Assembly: GCA_051294905.1 (NCBI GenBank)
Contig: CM119371.1
Location: 34,412,001-34,476,000 of the forward strand
DNA length: 64,000 nucleotides
Source: Botryllus schlosseri
Lineage: Eukaryota
Reading direction: 5' to 3'
Positions 25,401 to 37,678 of the stretch are shown in pieces. How positions within the stretch are numbered: position 1 is the stretch's first letter; each line of letters begins with the position of its first letter. Below the pieces are notes generated by a model, which made no database searches, had not been told where the DNA came from, and saw only the letters and a list, made by a program, of their open reading frames with translations. The translations under genes and the position numbers were made by a program.

Positions 25401-27373
25401 AAAAGATATGCAACAAGAAGTAAAGAAGTTGGAACCAAACCAAGTCACGCTCCTAGACCGAATGAAGAGGACCCATCAACACCGCAGAAATCAGATTTTA
25501 GAAGGGGCTCAGTTATCGGATATACTCCTGATTTATCCAGCACTATGGGATGCTCAATGGGTAGGTACAATAGTCTATAGGATAAATTGTCATTGCCACA
25601 GGTGTATCATATCTTATGTATATTAAGATGTTGAAAGAGGCTGAAACCTTGATTGGGTTTGATATTTTGAAGCGCACAACACAGAGCCGCTACAATATAG
25701 CTCAGGCCAAGATAAAGTGGCCTAAAGTTCCCGAAACTATTCAAGGATTACTAGGTGAGAGTATTATTTCATGACATTGTGTGGCATTGCAAATTTTCCG
25801 CTAACAACTTTTTTCGAATGAATTCAAGTGCAGTGGCTCTCTAACTTCTGCCGTTGCGATGCAATTGTAGAAACTTGTTTGACTTGCGCCGCACCAATAA
25901 TCGTGGCTTTCACAATAACATAGTGTCGTACCAGCCAGTTGCAGTTGGATTCATTTCCGAAAATTACACGCGTTCAAAATAAATATCGGAATGCTAGAAG
26001 TGATCATCGAGGGTTCTAATAACCTGTGTCTGCTTTATAGGTGATGGAGTGGTGGATTGGCGTGCTGGTATACCAACCATGTTTGGAGAAGGATACGACA
26101 ATTTTCTTCATATTGGAGAGGTAAGCTATTCGTAGATAGATGGTGTATAATATGCTTTGTTAAAACTAAACAGTTAGTTGTTGATGGTCAACTAGCTAAC
26201 GTTTTTTGATTAGTTGTAGTTCTAATTGCTGATTTTGAAAATTCAGTAGTTGTAGTTCTAGTTGCGGATTTTGAAAATTCAGTAGTTGTAGATAGTTGCT
26301 GATATTGAAAATTCAGTAGTTGTAGTTCTAGTTGCTGATTTTGAAAATTCAGTAGTTGTAGTTCGAGTTGCTGATTTTGAAAATTCAGTAGTTGTAGTTC
26401 TAGTTGCTGATATTGAAAATTTAGTAGTTGTAGTTCTCGTTGCGAATTTTGAAAATTCAGTAGTTGTAGTTAGTTGCTGATATTGAAAATTCAGTAGTTG
26501 TAGTTCTAGTTACTGATTTTGAAAATTCAGTAGATGTAGTTCTAGTTGCTGATTTTGAAAATTCAGTAGTTGTAGTTCTAGGTGCTGATTTTGAAAATTC
26601 AGCAGTTGTAGTTCTAGTTGCGGATTTTGAAAATTCAATACTTTGTACAAGTCTGGTTTCTACGTCGCCATCTTATCCGCGTAAGCGGTGTCTTACAAGA
26701 ATCCTAGAAGTGGGCCGTGCTACAAATCGGCAAATACGGATTAAAAAATGAGGAACACCTGCCTGTTGTAAATGACCATAATGGTAAACCAGTGTTTCAT
26801 AATCAAGTCAATCCATATTTCTTATATACCTTACAACTTCTAGCAATAGAAAGTGGCAAGTTTCAGTAGACCTGGTCCAGGCGTCGCGCATAGCTTAAGT
26901 AACGGATTGGGGCTCATGAGATTGAAATATACTTCATCGCAGCAGACTGACTGGTGACAAGATATTTTTAAAAGCATAAATCAAATAAGCAACATTTTGT
27001 GACACAAATTCATGTTTATAACTTGTGCAGTGGTAATATGAATTGTCCTGTGTGCTAAGCCTATCTCGATATCATAATGATCTGAAGTCAGAAGATTACA
27101 TAGTAATATATCTTTCAGGTTTCTATCTCTCCATATCCAACGCTGGTCTACAATTCGCAATGGAGCCTGCACTTGGATGGAATCGTCTTCTCAAAAAACA
27201 TTGAAAGTTTTGATGAAGTACTTGCTCTTCTGATCGCAGCTCATTGGATATTTAACATCAAATTTCAGAAAAATATCAAGCACACTCTCACCTTCATTTC
27301 GTCCTACCTGCTAAAGCTGCCTGGCGTAGAGCTGACAAATCCTGTTGTGAGGGCTACCAATATGTTGCCATAA
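22469..27373 (+). CDS. SAMD3-like protein (no SAM domain), transposon ORF2; 8 coding exons, 478 aa
   Basis: Exons 22469-22673, 22733-23033, 23912-24005, 25125-25286, 25348-25560, 25628-25754, 26041-26120, 27119-27373. All introns are GT-AG with consistent phases; 1437 nt with no internal stop. Motifs YDKEFTDWVDL, WPVAYDIPTFP, YPTAHQYREVCVALLRNYPVL, WHIALRQKFKDYRR, MKRTHQHRRNQI..LSDILLIYPAL and LALLIAAHWIFNIKF..TLTFI are collinear with the SAMD3 family C-terminal region. AATAAA at 27675-27680. Confidence 0.88.
23122..23306 (+). mobile_element. Short MITE (CAATGTTCCCTCT family) in intron 2
   Basis: TIR CAATGTTCCCTCT / AGATGGAACATTG, TGCGCA-rich body. Second copy at ~29506-29680. Confidence 0.75.
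26211..26638. repeat. 36-bp minisatellite, 12 units, in intron 7
   Basis: Consensus TAGTTGTAGTTCTAGTTGCTGATTTTGAAAATTCAG; units 3 and 8 are 34 bp. Confidence 0.95.
26662..26750 (+). repeat. 3' fragment of the SINE-like family seen at 43376-43593
   Basis: TCGCCAT...ATCCGCGTAAGC.GTGTCTTA.AA...CCTA.AAGT...CCGTGCTACAA matches the reverse complement of 43405-43470. Confidence 0.6.
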
Positions 27374-27399
27374 ACAATGGAACTGTCATCATAGTTATG

Positions 27400-27649
27400 T
27401 AGGGTTACCATACGGAGGCTCAAGAGGGTCATTCGAAGTCGATTGTCAGTGCCGACTTTTTATTTTGATCAACACCACTAAATTTAAGTAAAAATATGGT
27501 AATTCTGGAGTCGTCACTTTCATTCAACACCAAAAGTTTTCCAGCATAAAATGAGCAAAATTGGCTGTCAACTAACTAACAAAATCAACTAACTTTCCTG
27601 AATTGGTAAAATTGTCCTCCTTTTTCGATTCCGTAATATGGTAACCCTA
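27400..27649. mobile_element. hAT-type MITE (TAGGGTTACCATA family) in the 3' UTR of the SAMD3-like gene
   Basis: TIR TAGGGTTACCATA / TATGGTAACCCTA. TSD TAGTTATG/TAGTAATG. Confidence 0.85.
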
Positions 27650-27764
27650 TAGTAATGACTGTTCGAATACGCTTAATAAAATGCCAAACTTGTATGTTTT
27701 TAATTGGATTTGTATTCAGCAGTATTGCATAAAGCAAAGATGTGTGGCAGCTGACAGATAGGTT

Positions 27765-27930
27765 GGGGTGGAAGGTATGTCCCCCATATAGGGTGGAGGG
27801 TATTACCCCATATAGGGCGGAAGGTAGTCCCCCATATAGGGTGGAGGGTATTCCTCCATATAGGGTGGAAGGTAATCCTTATATAGGGGGAGGGTATTTC
27901 CCCATATAGGGTGGAAAGTATTTCCACCAT
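27765..27930. repeat. Subterminal ~24-bp tandem repeats of the CACTA-type element
   Basis: About 7 units of CCCCATATAGGGTGGARGGTATTN directly inside the right TIR. Confidence 0.9.
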
Positions 27931-29505
27931 GATGGGGGGTGGAGTTGCATTCCACCAGAAATGGTCAAAATGGTGAACCACTTTCAATGGAGGAAATCTC
28001 CACCTTTTAGATTTACAGTGATTAGGCATCTACGTGCCAGTCAATACCGCTCCTCGACACATCAAAATACATATGCAGTTTCGGCGAACATGAGACTCTA
28101 CGAAGTGTGCTACTAAAGAAAGACTTTTGCCGAAACTTAGGGTAGGTGTCCATTGTCAATAGCCGCGTTGGGTGGGCGTGACTAACAGTCCATTTCTTTC
28201 AATCTGAGCCCACGATGCAAATGGCACCCGGGCACCCACAGAGCATTAGACATGACAATTTGTGTGTGCGTCTCACGCAAGTTATTCTTTTAGTCTGCTA
28301 TGTTCGGGCCACTACAATCAATATCTTTTGGCTATATAACAGACCGGAGGTCACGAATTAACAACATATAATAAAGTAATTATTGCAAGATACCAGATGT
28401 TATACTTATGAATTACGCGCCCCTGCTCTTCTGGTAAATCTGGCCATCGGGCGCTGAGATAGGATTAAAAATGCAATATAATGCAATCACCAATATTATT
28501 GATTAAATTATATCTTCAACTTCAAAATTGACTACTCTATGGGGGCCCAAGACCAATGTTTGGGTGGGGGAAACTTTTGCTGTTTTGATCCTGATTCTAG
28601 CTACAACCCACGCTAACATGGTATATAAGCCGATGGCTATGGCAGCAGGTCCAAATGTTCAGTAAAGAATTGTGAAATAGCGATTGGCGCCCGTTTTGAG
28701 TAGAATAATATGAGAATAAGAGAAAGTGAACATAAAATTTTGCCTTCAACTTAATGCAGATAATGTAATGCAAGCTGCCATTACGAAAACGGCAAAACAA
28801 CGGCTCAGTTATGATATATATCAGCAGCTGTTGATTTTAATGCTTCGTTGTGGAAACCGTAATATTTCATTTGATGAGTACAAAATTTCAAACGTTTGTC
28901 TGGTGTACGTTCGTACCATATAGGCCTACTTCTCGCCAAGCAGCAACGGTGAAACTGCATTTAACTGCAGAATTAGAACTATTACATTCCATAGTTTAGC
29001 TAAGCAGAACCAAACATCAATACAAAAGTTGCTATTTTAACTTAGGCAGAGAGGTGATTAATAATCCTGTCGCGAGGTAGTGGTGTCTGAAATGTATTGA
29101 TAACCCGATATACAGCACGGTGGGTTTTCTTACAATCACACTAATGTACATCGAATATCTATTTACTATGTGTGGACACTTGTCCCGCAAAGACGAGCAA
29201 AGCTAATAGGCTACCTCTGACGTAATAATGAGGAGTGGCATTTGAAAATCAGACGTTTGTGCTCACAATAACTGGTATAATACCTCTTCCTTGTTCACGA
29301 GGGTTCAGTTTATGTCACAGTCCTTGTACAAATAAAAAGTGATCGTTCTTTCACAAAGAAATCGATTAAATATGGGAAGTAGTCGAGAACGATTACGATT
29401 ACTTCGGAATTTTTTCGAATGTAATCGATTGTAATCGATCGGCTGTAATCGTCTTTATCGATTACGATTACTAATCGCGATTATCCCATGTCTGATACCG
29501 ATAAA

Positions 29506-29680
29506 CAATGTTCCCTCTAAGCTGCGCACATGAGCACATGCGCAATGCTGACACGGTCTCTGCGCACCGAAAATCTAAGTTGCGCGCAAAAAATCCGAAG
29601 TGATGACCTTTTTTTTAGTCGTTACGCACTGTTGTCTGAGGGTCTGCGCAGCGCAGCATTTCATCGAGAGAGAATAAGCT
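29506..29680 (+). mobile_element. Second copy of the CAATGTTCCCTCT MITE
   Basis: Collinear with 23122-23306; right end degenerate. Confidence 0.7.
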
Positions 29681-30544
29681 GATATGAATGGGCTTATGGC
29701 CTTACCGTGGAATGGCCCAAACAATGCAAAGAGCGAGACACTTAGAAAACGGCTTAGGGCAGTGGGTCTCAAGCTTGGAGCGCGGAGCTGTGGTCCACTG
29801 AAATTTTTTCGCGCAGTGCGCGATTTGGCTCTTATTCATAGGTATTGCTCTATGGATAGTCCGGAATTCATTATGGAATTCTCTCATCAACAGTCATAAG
29901 CTTCCATGCCATCAAACTATTCGTTCGGATTCCTATCATTCTGGTTGCATTTTGTGATATGGCCAAAAGGGGGCGCGACATTTTTCAGTATCAAAAAGGG
30001 GGCGTATCTAAAAATGTGTGAGAACCACTGGCTTAGAGTTTCCACCCACAATATCAAGCTTTACGTGGAGTTGGTGTGAGATGGTAAATCGCGTCAGGCA
30101 CGGAAAAAATTTCTGTTTATCGGAGCTTGACGCCTCCCAAGGGGGGCTCGCCTCCCCGTTCGAGAGCCTCTGGTTTAGCCTATATTGTAATTCACCAAGT
30201 TTTCTGTTGCTAGTGAAGTTGGGAAACTGTATAGCATGGCCGAATTATCTAGTTAACGAGGCACGCATAGAACACCGATGTGAATGGGCTAATTATTTTA
30301 TGTTGTGATTGTCATTTGTTGAAATTGTAATTAGGAAATTTTTTTATCAAATTACAATTACACAAAATAGATATGCTTCATTTACAATTAAAATTACAAT
30401 TACATGAAAAAATCTGATAATTACATCAGCTCAATTACAAATTACAATTGATCCAATACAGCTGCACGCAACCTACCACCACACCAGTCGCAATTCGACT
30501 ACTGACCAGACCTAATTACCCGTAACCAGTTATTGCCAGGACGG

Positions 30545-31395
30545 GCGTGTCATCACTAGAGGGAATATTTTTTACATAAAAAACGGAAGATTTTGACCTA
30601 AAAATCAAAATTTTGACAATATTCTACCTCAAAACACCTAATTTTGACCAAATTTTGACTTCATGCATGTAAATTAGGTGTTTTCCCCATAATTCGTCAG
30701 TTGTACTATACTTATCTTCATTTCTGGTTGCTACTGTCTGTTTGACTTTAAAACTGACGAATGTATACATGAAAATTTTTATTTTTACGACATATGAACT
30801 TATAAATAATTCCAGTAGTTACATCACGCCTTATGGTAGAAATAATTAACATGTGTTGCAGTGCAACGATATATACTTTCCTGCATCATCGGGTAGAAAA
30901 TATACGTCCTTACTAGGTAGCTTGCCAATAATGGAAAAAGAACGTTCAACGGCAGCAGTTGTTGGCTGGCAACACTGACGTTTTGCGTACCCTGTTGGTG
31001 ACACACCGTGTTGCTTCATTCTGACCATGTTCTCCACATCATAATCTTTCATCGTGCGCTTCTTGATATGAGAACCAATGCCCACGCACTCTTGCTTCAG
31101 TTAGGATATCGCGGTATACGTTGAGCATAACACGATGTTAACCTATTTGTTTCATTTGACCGTTTATGATTCACAATGAGCAGGCATGGGCCGTCTACAA
31201 CGGCAGGCCAATGAAAATGAATGATAAGTTCATCAATAGCTTTTATATAGGTTATGGTTCATCGACAGTGCAAACATCTACGACACATACGAAAGGCAGG
31301 TTGCAAAATATATTTGATTTAGTAAACAATTTTGACAAAATTTTGACTTATTGTGACATGTAAATAAAATCGCCGTAGTCATCACAAATCACATG
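30545..31395 (-). mobile_element. Internally deleted hAT element carrying a transposase C-terminal dimerisation-domain remnant
   Basis: Minus-strand 30846-30980 reads QCCQPTTAAVERSFSIIGKL.SKD..F.PDDAGKYISLHCN (hAT P.tsa.vERsFS motif). Ends GTGTCATCACTAG and degenerate GTAGTCATCACA. TTTTGAC subterminal repeats. Confidence 0.7.
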
Positions 31396-33055
31396 TATGA
31401 GTTAACTGTGTGTCTTGGCCTCCAGTGAACGCTGGAGACTGGGAATACGGGTTAACAATCACTGATCTACATCTACTGGAGTAGGAACTCGAGAAAATGC
31501 ATTCATTTACATTTATTTGCGTATTACGCAACTTTAAGAATCACCTCGCCCAGTTACATCCGTCCAGCGCGGGGAAACATCTCCATACAAACCCATACGT
31601 CTTTGGTCTGACCCGGGCGGAAGTCGAACCCGATACTGTAGCCGCAAAATACAATCGAAATGAATTTGCATTGAATTTAAGATTGCGTATTCAAACATTA
31701 TACGTGATATGCAAATTTCGAATATACATGTACGTTTACTCAGCGGTACTGGAAGTATATATCGACAATGCAAAGTAAACATGTGAGTTTACGTGCACCT
31801 ATAATGATAATAAGCAACAACAAAGTATTATCCTCTGCTGGTACCAAATACTGATGACTGGTTATCATACAGGGATTCAATATCGTGGACAGGAAGACTG
31901 GCTCAGTTTATCTGAAGTGGGTGGTTTTTCAGGAGATGATATTACGAGGAAATCATGTGGGATGCTCATTGTTTGTTACGTCGCTGAAATCAGCAATAAG
32001 CGTTTTACGACCTCCGCAATATTGTTTACCGATTCCTCGAACCCAGCTATATTCCCCTGCTTGTATGTAAAGTATATTTTATAATTTAGAGGTAATTCCT
32101 AGATCATATGGTAGTCATCCGAGCGAATGAATCACGAAAATCTAACATAGCATATGTTATTTATACGTATGCACAATTACAAGACGCGAAAAGTCTGAAT
32201 TGAATAGTACTATGAATAGACACTTCTGTTTAGTAATGCAGTTCGATGCACTATACTCGTAAATGCTTATATTTGGCTTCCATAATGGATATGGAGTAGG
32301 AGCATCAATTTAGAAAACACAGTATAGAGAAGAGACATAAGACGACATCCCATAAACCTACTATTATTTATTACCTCAAAACTATACCGCTGGTTTTCTC
32401 ACAAATATGCGGGAAGCTGATGTCGAATGAAACTAAACGGTTGAGTGAATAAACGGAAATTTACATGCAGAGCTATTGTTCATTAGAACAAACTACCGCT
32501 TTCTGGGGAATTTACGCGGAAAGATATCCACATTAATTGGCAAAATACGGGAAGGATACCGAGTTCAGTAGGTTCAGTAAGGAGACATGTATTGTTTACA
32601 TGTAATAATACACCCCAATATGACCTTCAACAACAGGGATCATATCGGCTATCCAGTATGGCTGGTAACACAGAACAGTCTCCATCCGTTGCCAATGCGA
32701 TACTCTTTACCGTTTAAAAAGACGACAATTATCACATCGTCGTCATAAAATCGCCCTCGTTTGACAGACTACTGATTTCGTGTTGCTTTCCTGGCTAAAA
32801 TTATTGTTCCGTGCACATACAAGCATATACGACGCTTCAGCATGCGACACTTGAGCACGTGGATTGAGGCTAGGGCTGGAGCTAACTCGGGTTAAGGCGA
32901 GGGTTAGAAGCTCGCTCAGACTCAAATACCAGACAACAAAAGTCATTTACCTCGAATAGCCGATCACCATTGGTACGTAATACATTATTAACCTTGTTTT
33001 GGTGAACGAATCCAATGCTTCTTGGAAATGAATGCTGAAACGAATGACTGTTCAG

Positions 33056-33774
33056 TGGGATGTTCAAAAATAACTTTTTTTCAAAAGTTCAGCCATTCAC
33101 TTGTTAAAACGTCAGGTTTCCTAAACAAACGTTGCACGCCACATTTCACTCGATTCCAACCAGTAGAAGCCGCCGCAGACCAATTTGAAATTTCTACCAC
33201 TTTTAGATATAATAGTATTTACGGTGGAAAATTTCGTCACCACGACATGACAAAAATCGTGTTTCATGTATGCCTATTGTAGAGTAATGCTTTTTCCATG
33301 TGTTTCTATCTTGACAAGGGTCTGTGATAGAGTTTGGATAACGACATCGCCATCCAATGAAAATTAAATATCACACTTATTTGCTGGAAATTAGTCAACT
33401 CCATCGAAATATCCGCTTTAAAATGATCGTGCTGTAATTCGCAAGTACAATACTTTCCTCTTTGAAATTAACGATCACGATGGCGATGTCGTTATCCAAA
33501 CACAGACCCTTGTCAAGATAGAAACACATGGAAAAAGCATCACTCTTCAATGGACATACACGGAACACGATTTTTAGTCATGTCGTAGTGACGAAATTTG
33601 CCACCATAAATGCTATTATTTCTAAAAATGGCCGAAATTTCAAATTGGTCTGCGGCGGCTTCTACTGTTTGGAATTGGGCCGCCAAATTTGGCGTGCACA
33701 GTTTTTTTAGGCAACTTAGCGATTCAACAGGTGAATGGCTGAACTTGGTGAGTAGTTATTTTTGAACGCCCCTG
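33056..33774. mobile_element. Foldback hAT-type MITE (GGG.TGTTCAAAAATAACT family)
   Basis: Inverted arms of ~300 bp. TSD CTGTTCAG/GTGTTCAG. Outer arms homologous to 51951-52537. Confidence 0.85.
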
Positions 33775-36161
33775 GTGTTCAGTTCATTGTCCAAAGAACA
33801 TGTTTTAAGCTTGGGGGCGGCCGGCCGACTTGGATCTTCAAGGTTGAAACGCAGCTTATACGGAGCGTTGGAAGCAGTTCCTGGGTGTGCGAACACGTGA
33901 ACTTTAGCTTCGAAGGAATACTGTTAAAGCGCATATACCAAATGAGCGTCGCGCGGCTCCCATCGACGCCACATATGTCAACCTTTGTTTTCGATCAATC
34001 TCATGCTGTGAATATGCCTCGAACAACCCTACTAGCAAAGGAAATTGTTGATGAATTTCATGTATTTGTGGGATGTAGGTTATAATAAATGCTTATAAAT
34101 GCAGCTATAAGCTGACAAACGTTTCCTACGTGTCTGAGAAAATCGATTTGGTAAATGCTCGGGAAATTGTTTGGTAGTCGAGTGGAATCATTTCCTTTAT
34201 TTTAGTTTCATTACCCTTGCTGAATTCTAAACGAGAGTGGGCTCATTTTTATTACGATGTTTTGAGGCCATGCTGGTTATTTGTTTGATGGAATGCACCA
34301 CATCGTTTCGACTTCGTCTTTTCTGTGCATTGTGTCGCAATTCTTCTTGTAATTTGAACCGAAAAAAATTATTACAGAATGATGCTGATTCTGATATGAA
34401 TTTAGCTTCTTAAATTCAATTTTTCTCGACTCCCTCACTTTCTATATTACATTGACAACTTTTCCAATTTTAATGTCTTAATCCTATAGCTGCATACTTC
34501 ATGTCACTCGCTGCGATTCGTTGAAACCCTCCGAATGTTCATGGGTGCTAAAGTGATTATATGATTACAGTAATTATATGATTCTAACCATTACCCAGTG
34601 TGAGTATCGGGCAGAAAACTTCAGTTAACCTTCTTCAAGTTCAGCAAAGAGAGTAGTAAGACAAAACCATACTAGAAGATAGAGATATTGACGGCATGCT
34701 AAGACCGGCTGAGTACATTGCCGTAAAAGTTTCCGATGGAAATTCAAATTGACGTAATCGCCTTCACTTGGTGTAATTTTCAACTGACGTCGTTAATAGG
34801 CCTACTATACGTTGATGCTGTTCACCGTGTATGGTCAGGAAATTACTACGATGGAGAATCGTTCTGAATTGAAGCACCAGGTGTATTTCAGTTACATATC
34901 AACAGCTTTTTGTCGAAATATCGTTGTAGGTTAGTCTGCGCATGCGTTCACAAATTGAGCGGTCCTATTTCACCACACCTCCTCTCCTCTCTTCGTGAGT
35001 TTCGCCATCTATATAGGAATGTTTCATAAGACGTTACTGTGGAAATTACTGCCCTGAAAGCAATCGATGATGTACATGTGCAGGTGTGCACATAAGCCAC
35101 GAAATGATGACATACGATCCGGTGTAAGTCGGCAAAGGAACAATTTGTATTACCCTGAATCATGGAACAACCGATTTAATTCTTGATCAATGTAATTTTC
35201 ATTAACCTTTCGATATCTTTGGGTGTTCGGCGAAGTTACAAGCTTCTAATGTGTCTATGTTCTTTCGTTGCGTACACATCGTGAAAGTGCGCATCATGAA
35301 ATGCGTGACTTTGTAGCCTCTATATTTGTGAGGACCGAAGTGCGAATCTGAATATTAGATTTTATCAAGTAATTTCGACAATCTTCCATTTTATCATTCC
35401 GTCCCACGAGGCTAATATGAAAATAAATCATTACTATTGCTGACTAAAATATTATCTAGTCGTCGCGAAGATGCAGAATATACATATAATATCACAATAC
35501 CTTCAGACCCACATAATAAACAGGATGTCAGGCATGGAGATACCATTTTTATTTTCTCCCACGAAACGCGATCCACGCCCCGCTAACAGTTAACCGACAT
35601 GGCTCCGCCCTTTCCCTGCCCCATTCCTGCGCCTTTCCTAATATCATCATTTTGGAAACCACCTTCTCATTATTTAGAACAGATGTATGTATAGATTTAC
35701 ACTATGTAAATCTAGTGCACCATATATCTCGACTATTTACGGCCGAAGATTTACATATGCCTGTCGCACTCACTTAGAGATAGATCTCAGGTGTGTGTTA
35801 TATACAAAAACAGGATGTTTGAATGATACAGCTGATTCCCGAAATAAAACAGCAACAAAGCATGACACAAAGAAGTCGAACGAAACTTATTGTAATGATT
35901 AACTATTTGGAGCTAGACGATACTTTATCGATTACAACAGGGAATTTCCATACCACTACCAGATAAACCTTCCATGACAAACCTGGACATTTTACTGCAG
36001 GCGGGCAATTGCGGCGCGCGACGAAAATCTGACCGGCACGTGAAAGCTTGCTTTGAATTCAGAAAATGAAAACAAATTTTGAATGGTAATGAGTGGACCA
36101 ATACGATGTATAAACTGTTCTGGAAATGCTTTTACATTAAAGCATGTTTATTCATCTAGCC

Positions 36162-37400
36162 CAGGGGTTCTCAACCCGCGGCCCGCAGACGATTCTTTTG
36201 CGGCCCGCGACATCTTTCAATATGAACGCAATTACTACTGGTACAGTATCGTTATGAAAGACCGATCTGTCACATTTGTCGAAGAACAGTTGTTGTAACA
36301 AAGCCTAGAAGCTTCAAATGATAGCACGATAGTGTCGCCTGGAGTTATACATATCGCCTGATCTTAGAGAAAACGTTGCTAGCTTGGTTTCAAGCCCAGC
36401 AATCCATATTTCGAGGCATTTTTAAAATTGCCTACGACGTGACAGACGCATTGTTCAAAATTGATTGGAATATCAATAAGCCGAGGAGTCCGCTAAAGAA
36501 TGTGTGACTTCAATAAAAATTTAACGTACTGTGCGAATATTTGCCGTTTCCGGAACTTAGCAGCAAGTTCAACATCACCTGCGAAAATTCGGGGCTACAG
36601 TTGTCTGATTCAACACTCAACGAGTCAACAGTCACCAGAAGAGTAACAGCTGTCTCAGTCGATCTTTTATCGCATGTTTTGAAACACGTTGTCCCGCAAA
36701 GACTACTTTAGCCTAGCATTGGACGAATCCATCGACTGCACACAGTGCACACTGCACAGTGCACACACATTGCATAGCTAATTATCCAGGTGCGGTTTAT
36801 CAGAGTGGACATATTTCCAGAGGAAATGCTGACGGGGCAAACGTGGGAAGGGGGCCAGTGAAAAACAACAATTTGACAAAGCTGACTTCTGTAACTATTG
36901 GTGTAAGGCTCCAGTCATGGAAGGAAAGGGGAAGAGTTGATTGGTTTACTCAGAAATGTCCCCGAACGTCTGACTTCTTATAGCACTGAGAGCTCAAAGT
37001 GATAATGAGCTCTCAACGAAAATGTCACCGTAATTTTATACTTGCTCTCTCACGCATAGAAACAGCGAGTTCGGTTCTCTGGTGGAAGGGTTTGAAGTGT
37101 ATACACATACCAACATGGTAACGAATAGAATGTACGCTCCATGAAAGGATTTAGCCTACTTGTGCCACTTGAAGATAGATATCCTTACAAAAAACAGCAA
37201 CTGCAAACTTACGAACGCTCTCCATTAATGCTTTAGAATGCATAAAAATGTACTAAATTCTCGTATAAGACTGGTAAATAGGCTACAGTAGCCTAAATTT
37301 AATAGTGGTTCACAAATATTATATTCAGATAAACTTGATCGGCACCCGATGGCCATTTGGTACAAATCGAATTTCTATTCACCACGTCGTAACATCCGCC
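36162..37400 (+). mobile_element. Degraded hAT (Charlie/SPIN, GTF2IRD2-like) element with transposase remnants
   Basis: Left end CAGGGGTTCTCAACCCGCGGCCCGC. Remnant peptides QAQQSIF (~36390), DYFSLALDESID (36701-36736, first catalytic Asp motif) and LTKLTSVT (~36873). Many stops and frameshifts; right end uncertain. Confidence 0.7.
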
Positions 37401-37635
37401 CATATTGCTCTTACTACAGTTACAGTTGAATAATAATCGCACATTTAAAAATTGAATTGAGCTGTATGGCTTAATGTTAAAGAGTACACAGTACAGTGTC
37501 AGTGTTAAAACGCCACATCATAATTTTAATGCTGCACACAGCAACGGCACGGAGTAAAGTTCGTTAGTGCAACTATGATGTTATCGACAATTGACAAGTA
37601 TTCATTATGTCGTCACAAGCCGGTACGGCGGCACC

Positions 37636-37678
37636 GGGGCCTACGATACTTATATAGTTATATCGTATCGTAGGCCCC
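37636..37678. mobile_element. 43-bp hairpin mini-element with TSD
   Basis: GGGGCCTACGATAC + 15 nt + GTATCGTAGGCCCC, flanked by direct repeat GGCGGCACC (37627-37635, 37679-37687). Confidence 0.8.

Larger units (their letters stand above)
20701..28020 (+). mobile_element. EnSpm/CACTA (CMC)-type DNA transposon, 7320 bp, non-autonomous deletion derivative
   Basis: Perfect 22-bp TIR CACTGTAAATCTAAAAGGTGGA (20701-20722, 27999-28020). GGTGGA-containing subterminal repeats at both ends. Two-gene layout inside. No clean TSD (flanks TA / AT). Confidence 0.85.
20139..29494. mobile_element. hAT-type element with (CGATTA)n subterminal repeats, hosting the CACTA-type element
   Basis: TIR CAGACAGGGGGTGAT / ATTATCCCATGTCTG. 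Perfect 8-bp TSD ATACCGAT (20131-20138, 29495-29502). GATTAC repeats at 20170-20300 and 29390-29485. Confidence 0.85.

Noticed and set aside
26211..26638. 36-bp repeats as a CRISPR array
   Set aside because: Units are contiguous with no spacers and lie inside a spliceosomal intron.
20698..28023. Target-site duplication for the CACTA-type element
   Set aside because: Flanks GTA / ATT give no 2- or 3-bp direct repeat, so none is claimed.
27700..28029. 109-aa ORF with HPIWG repeats
   Set aside because: Antisense translation of the CACTA subterminal repeats and TIR.
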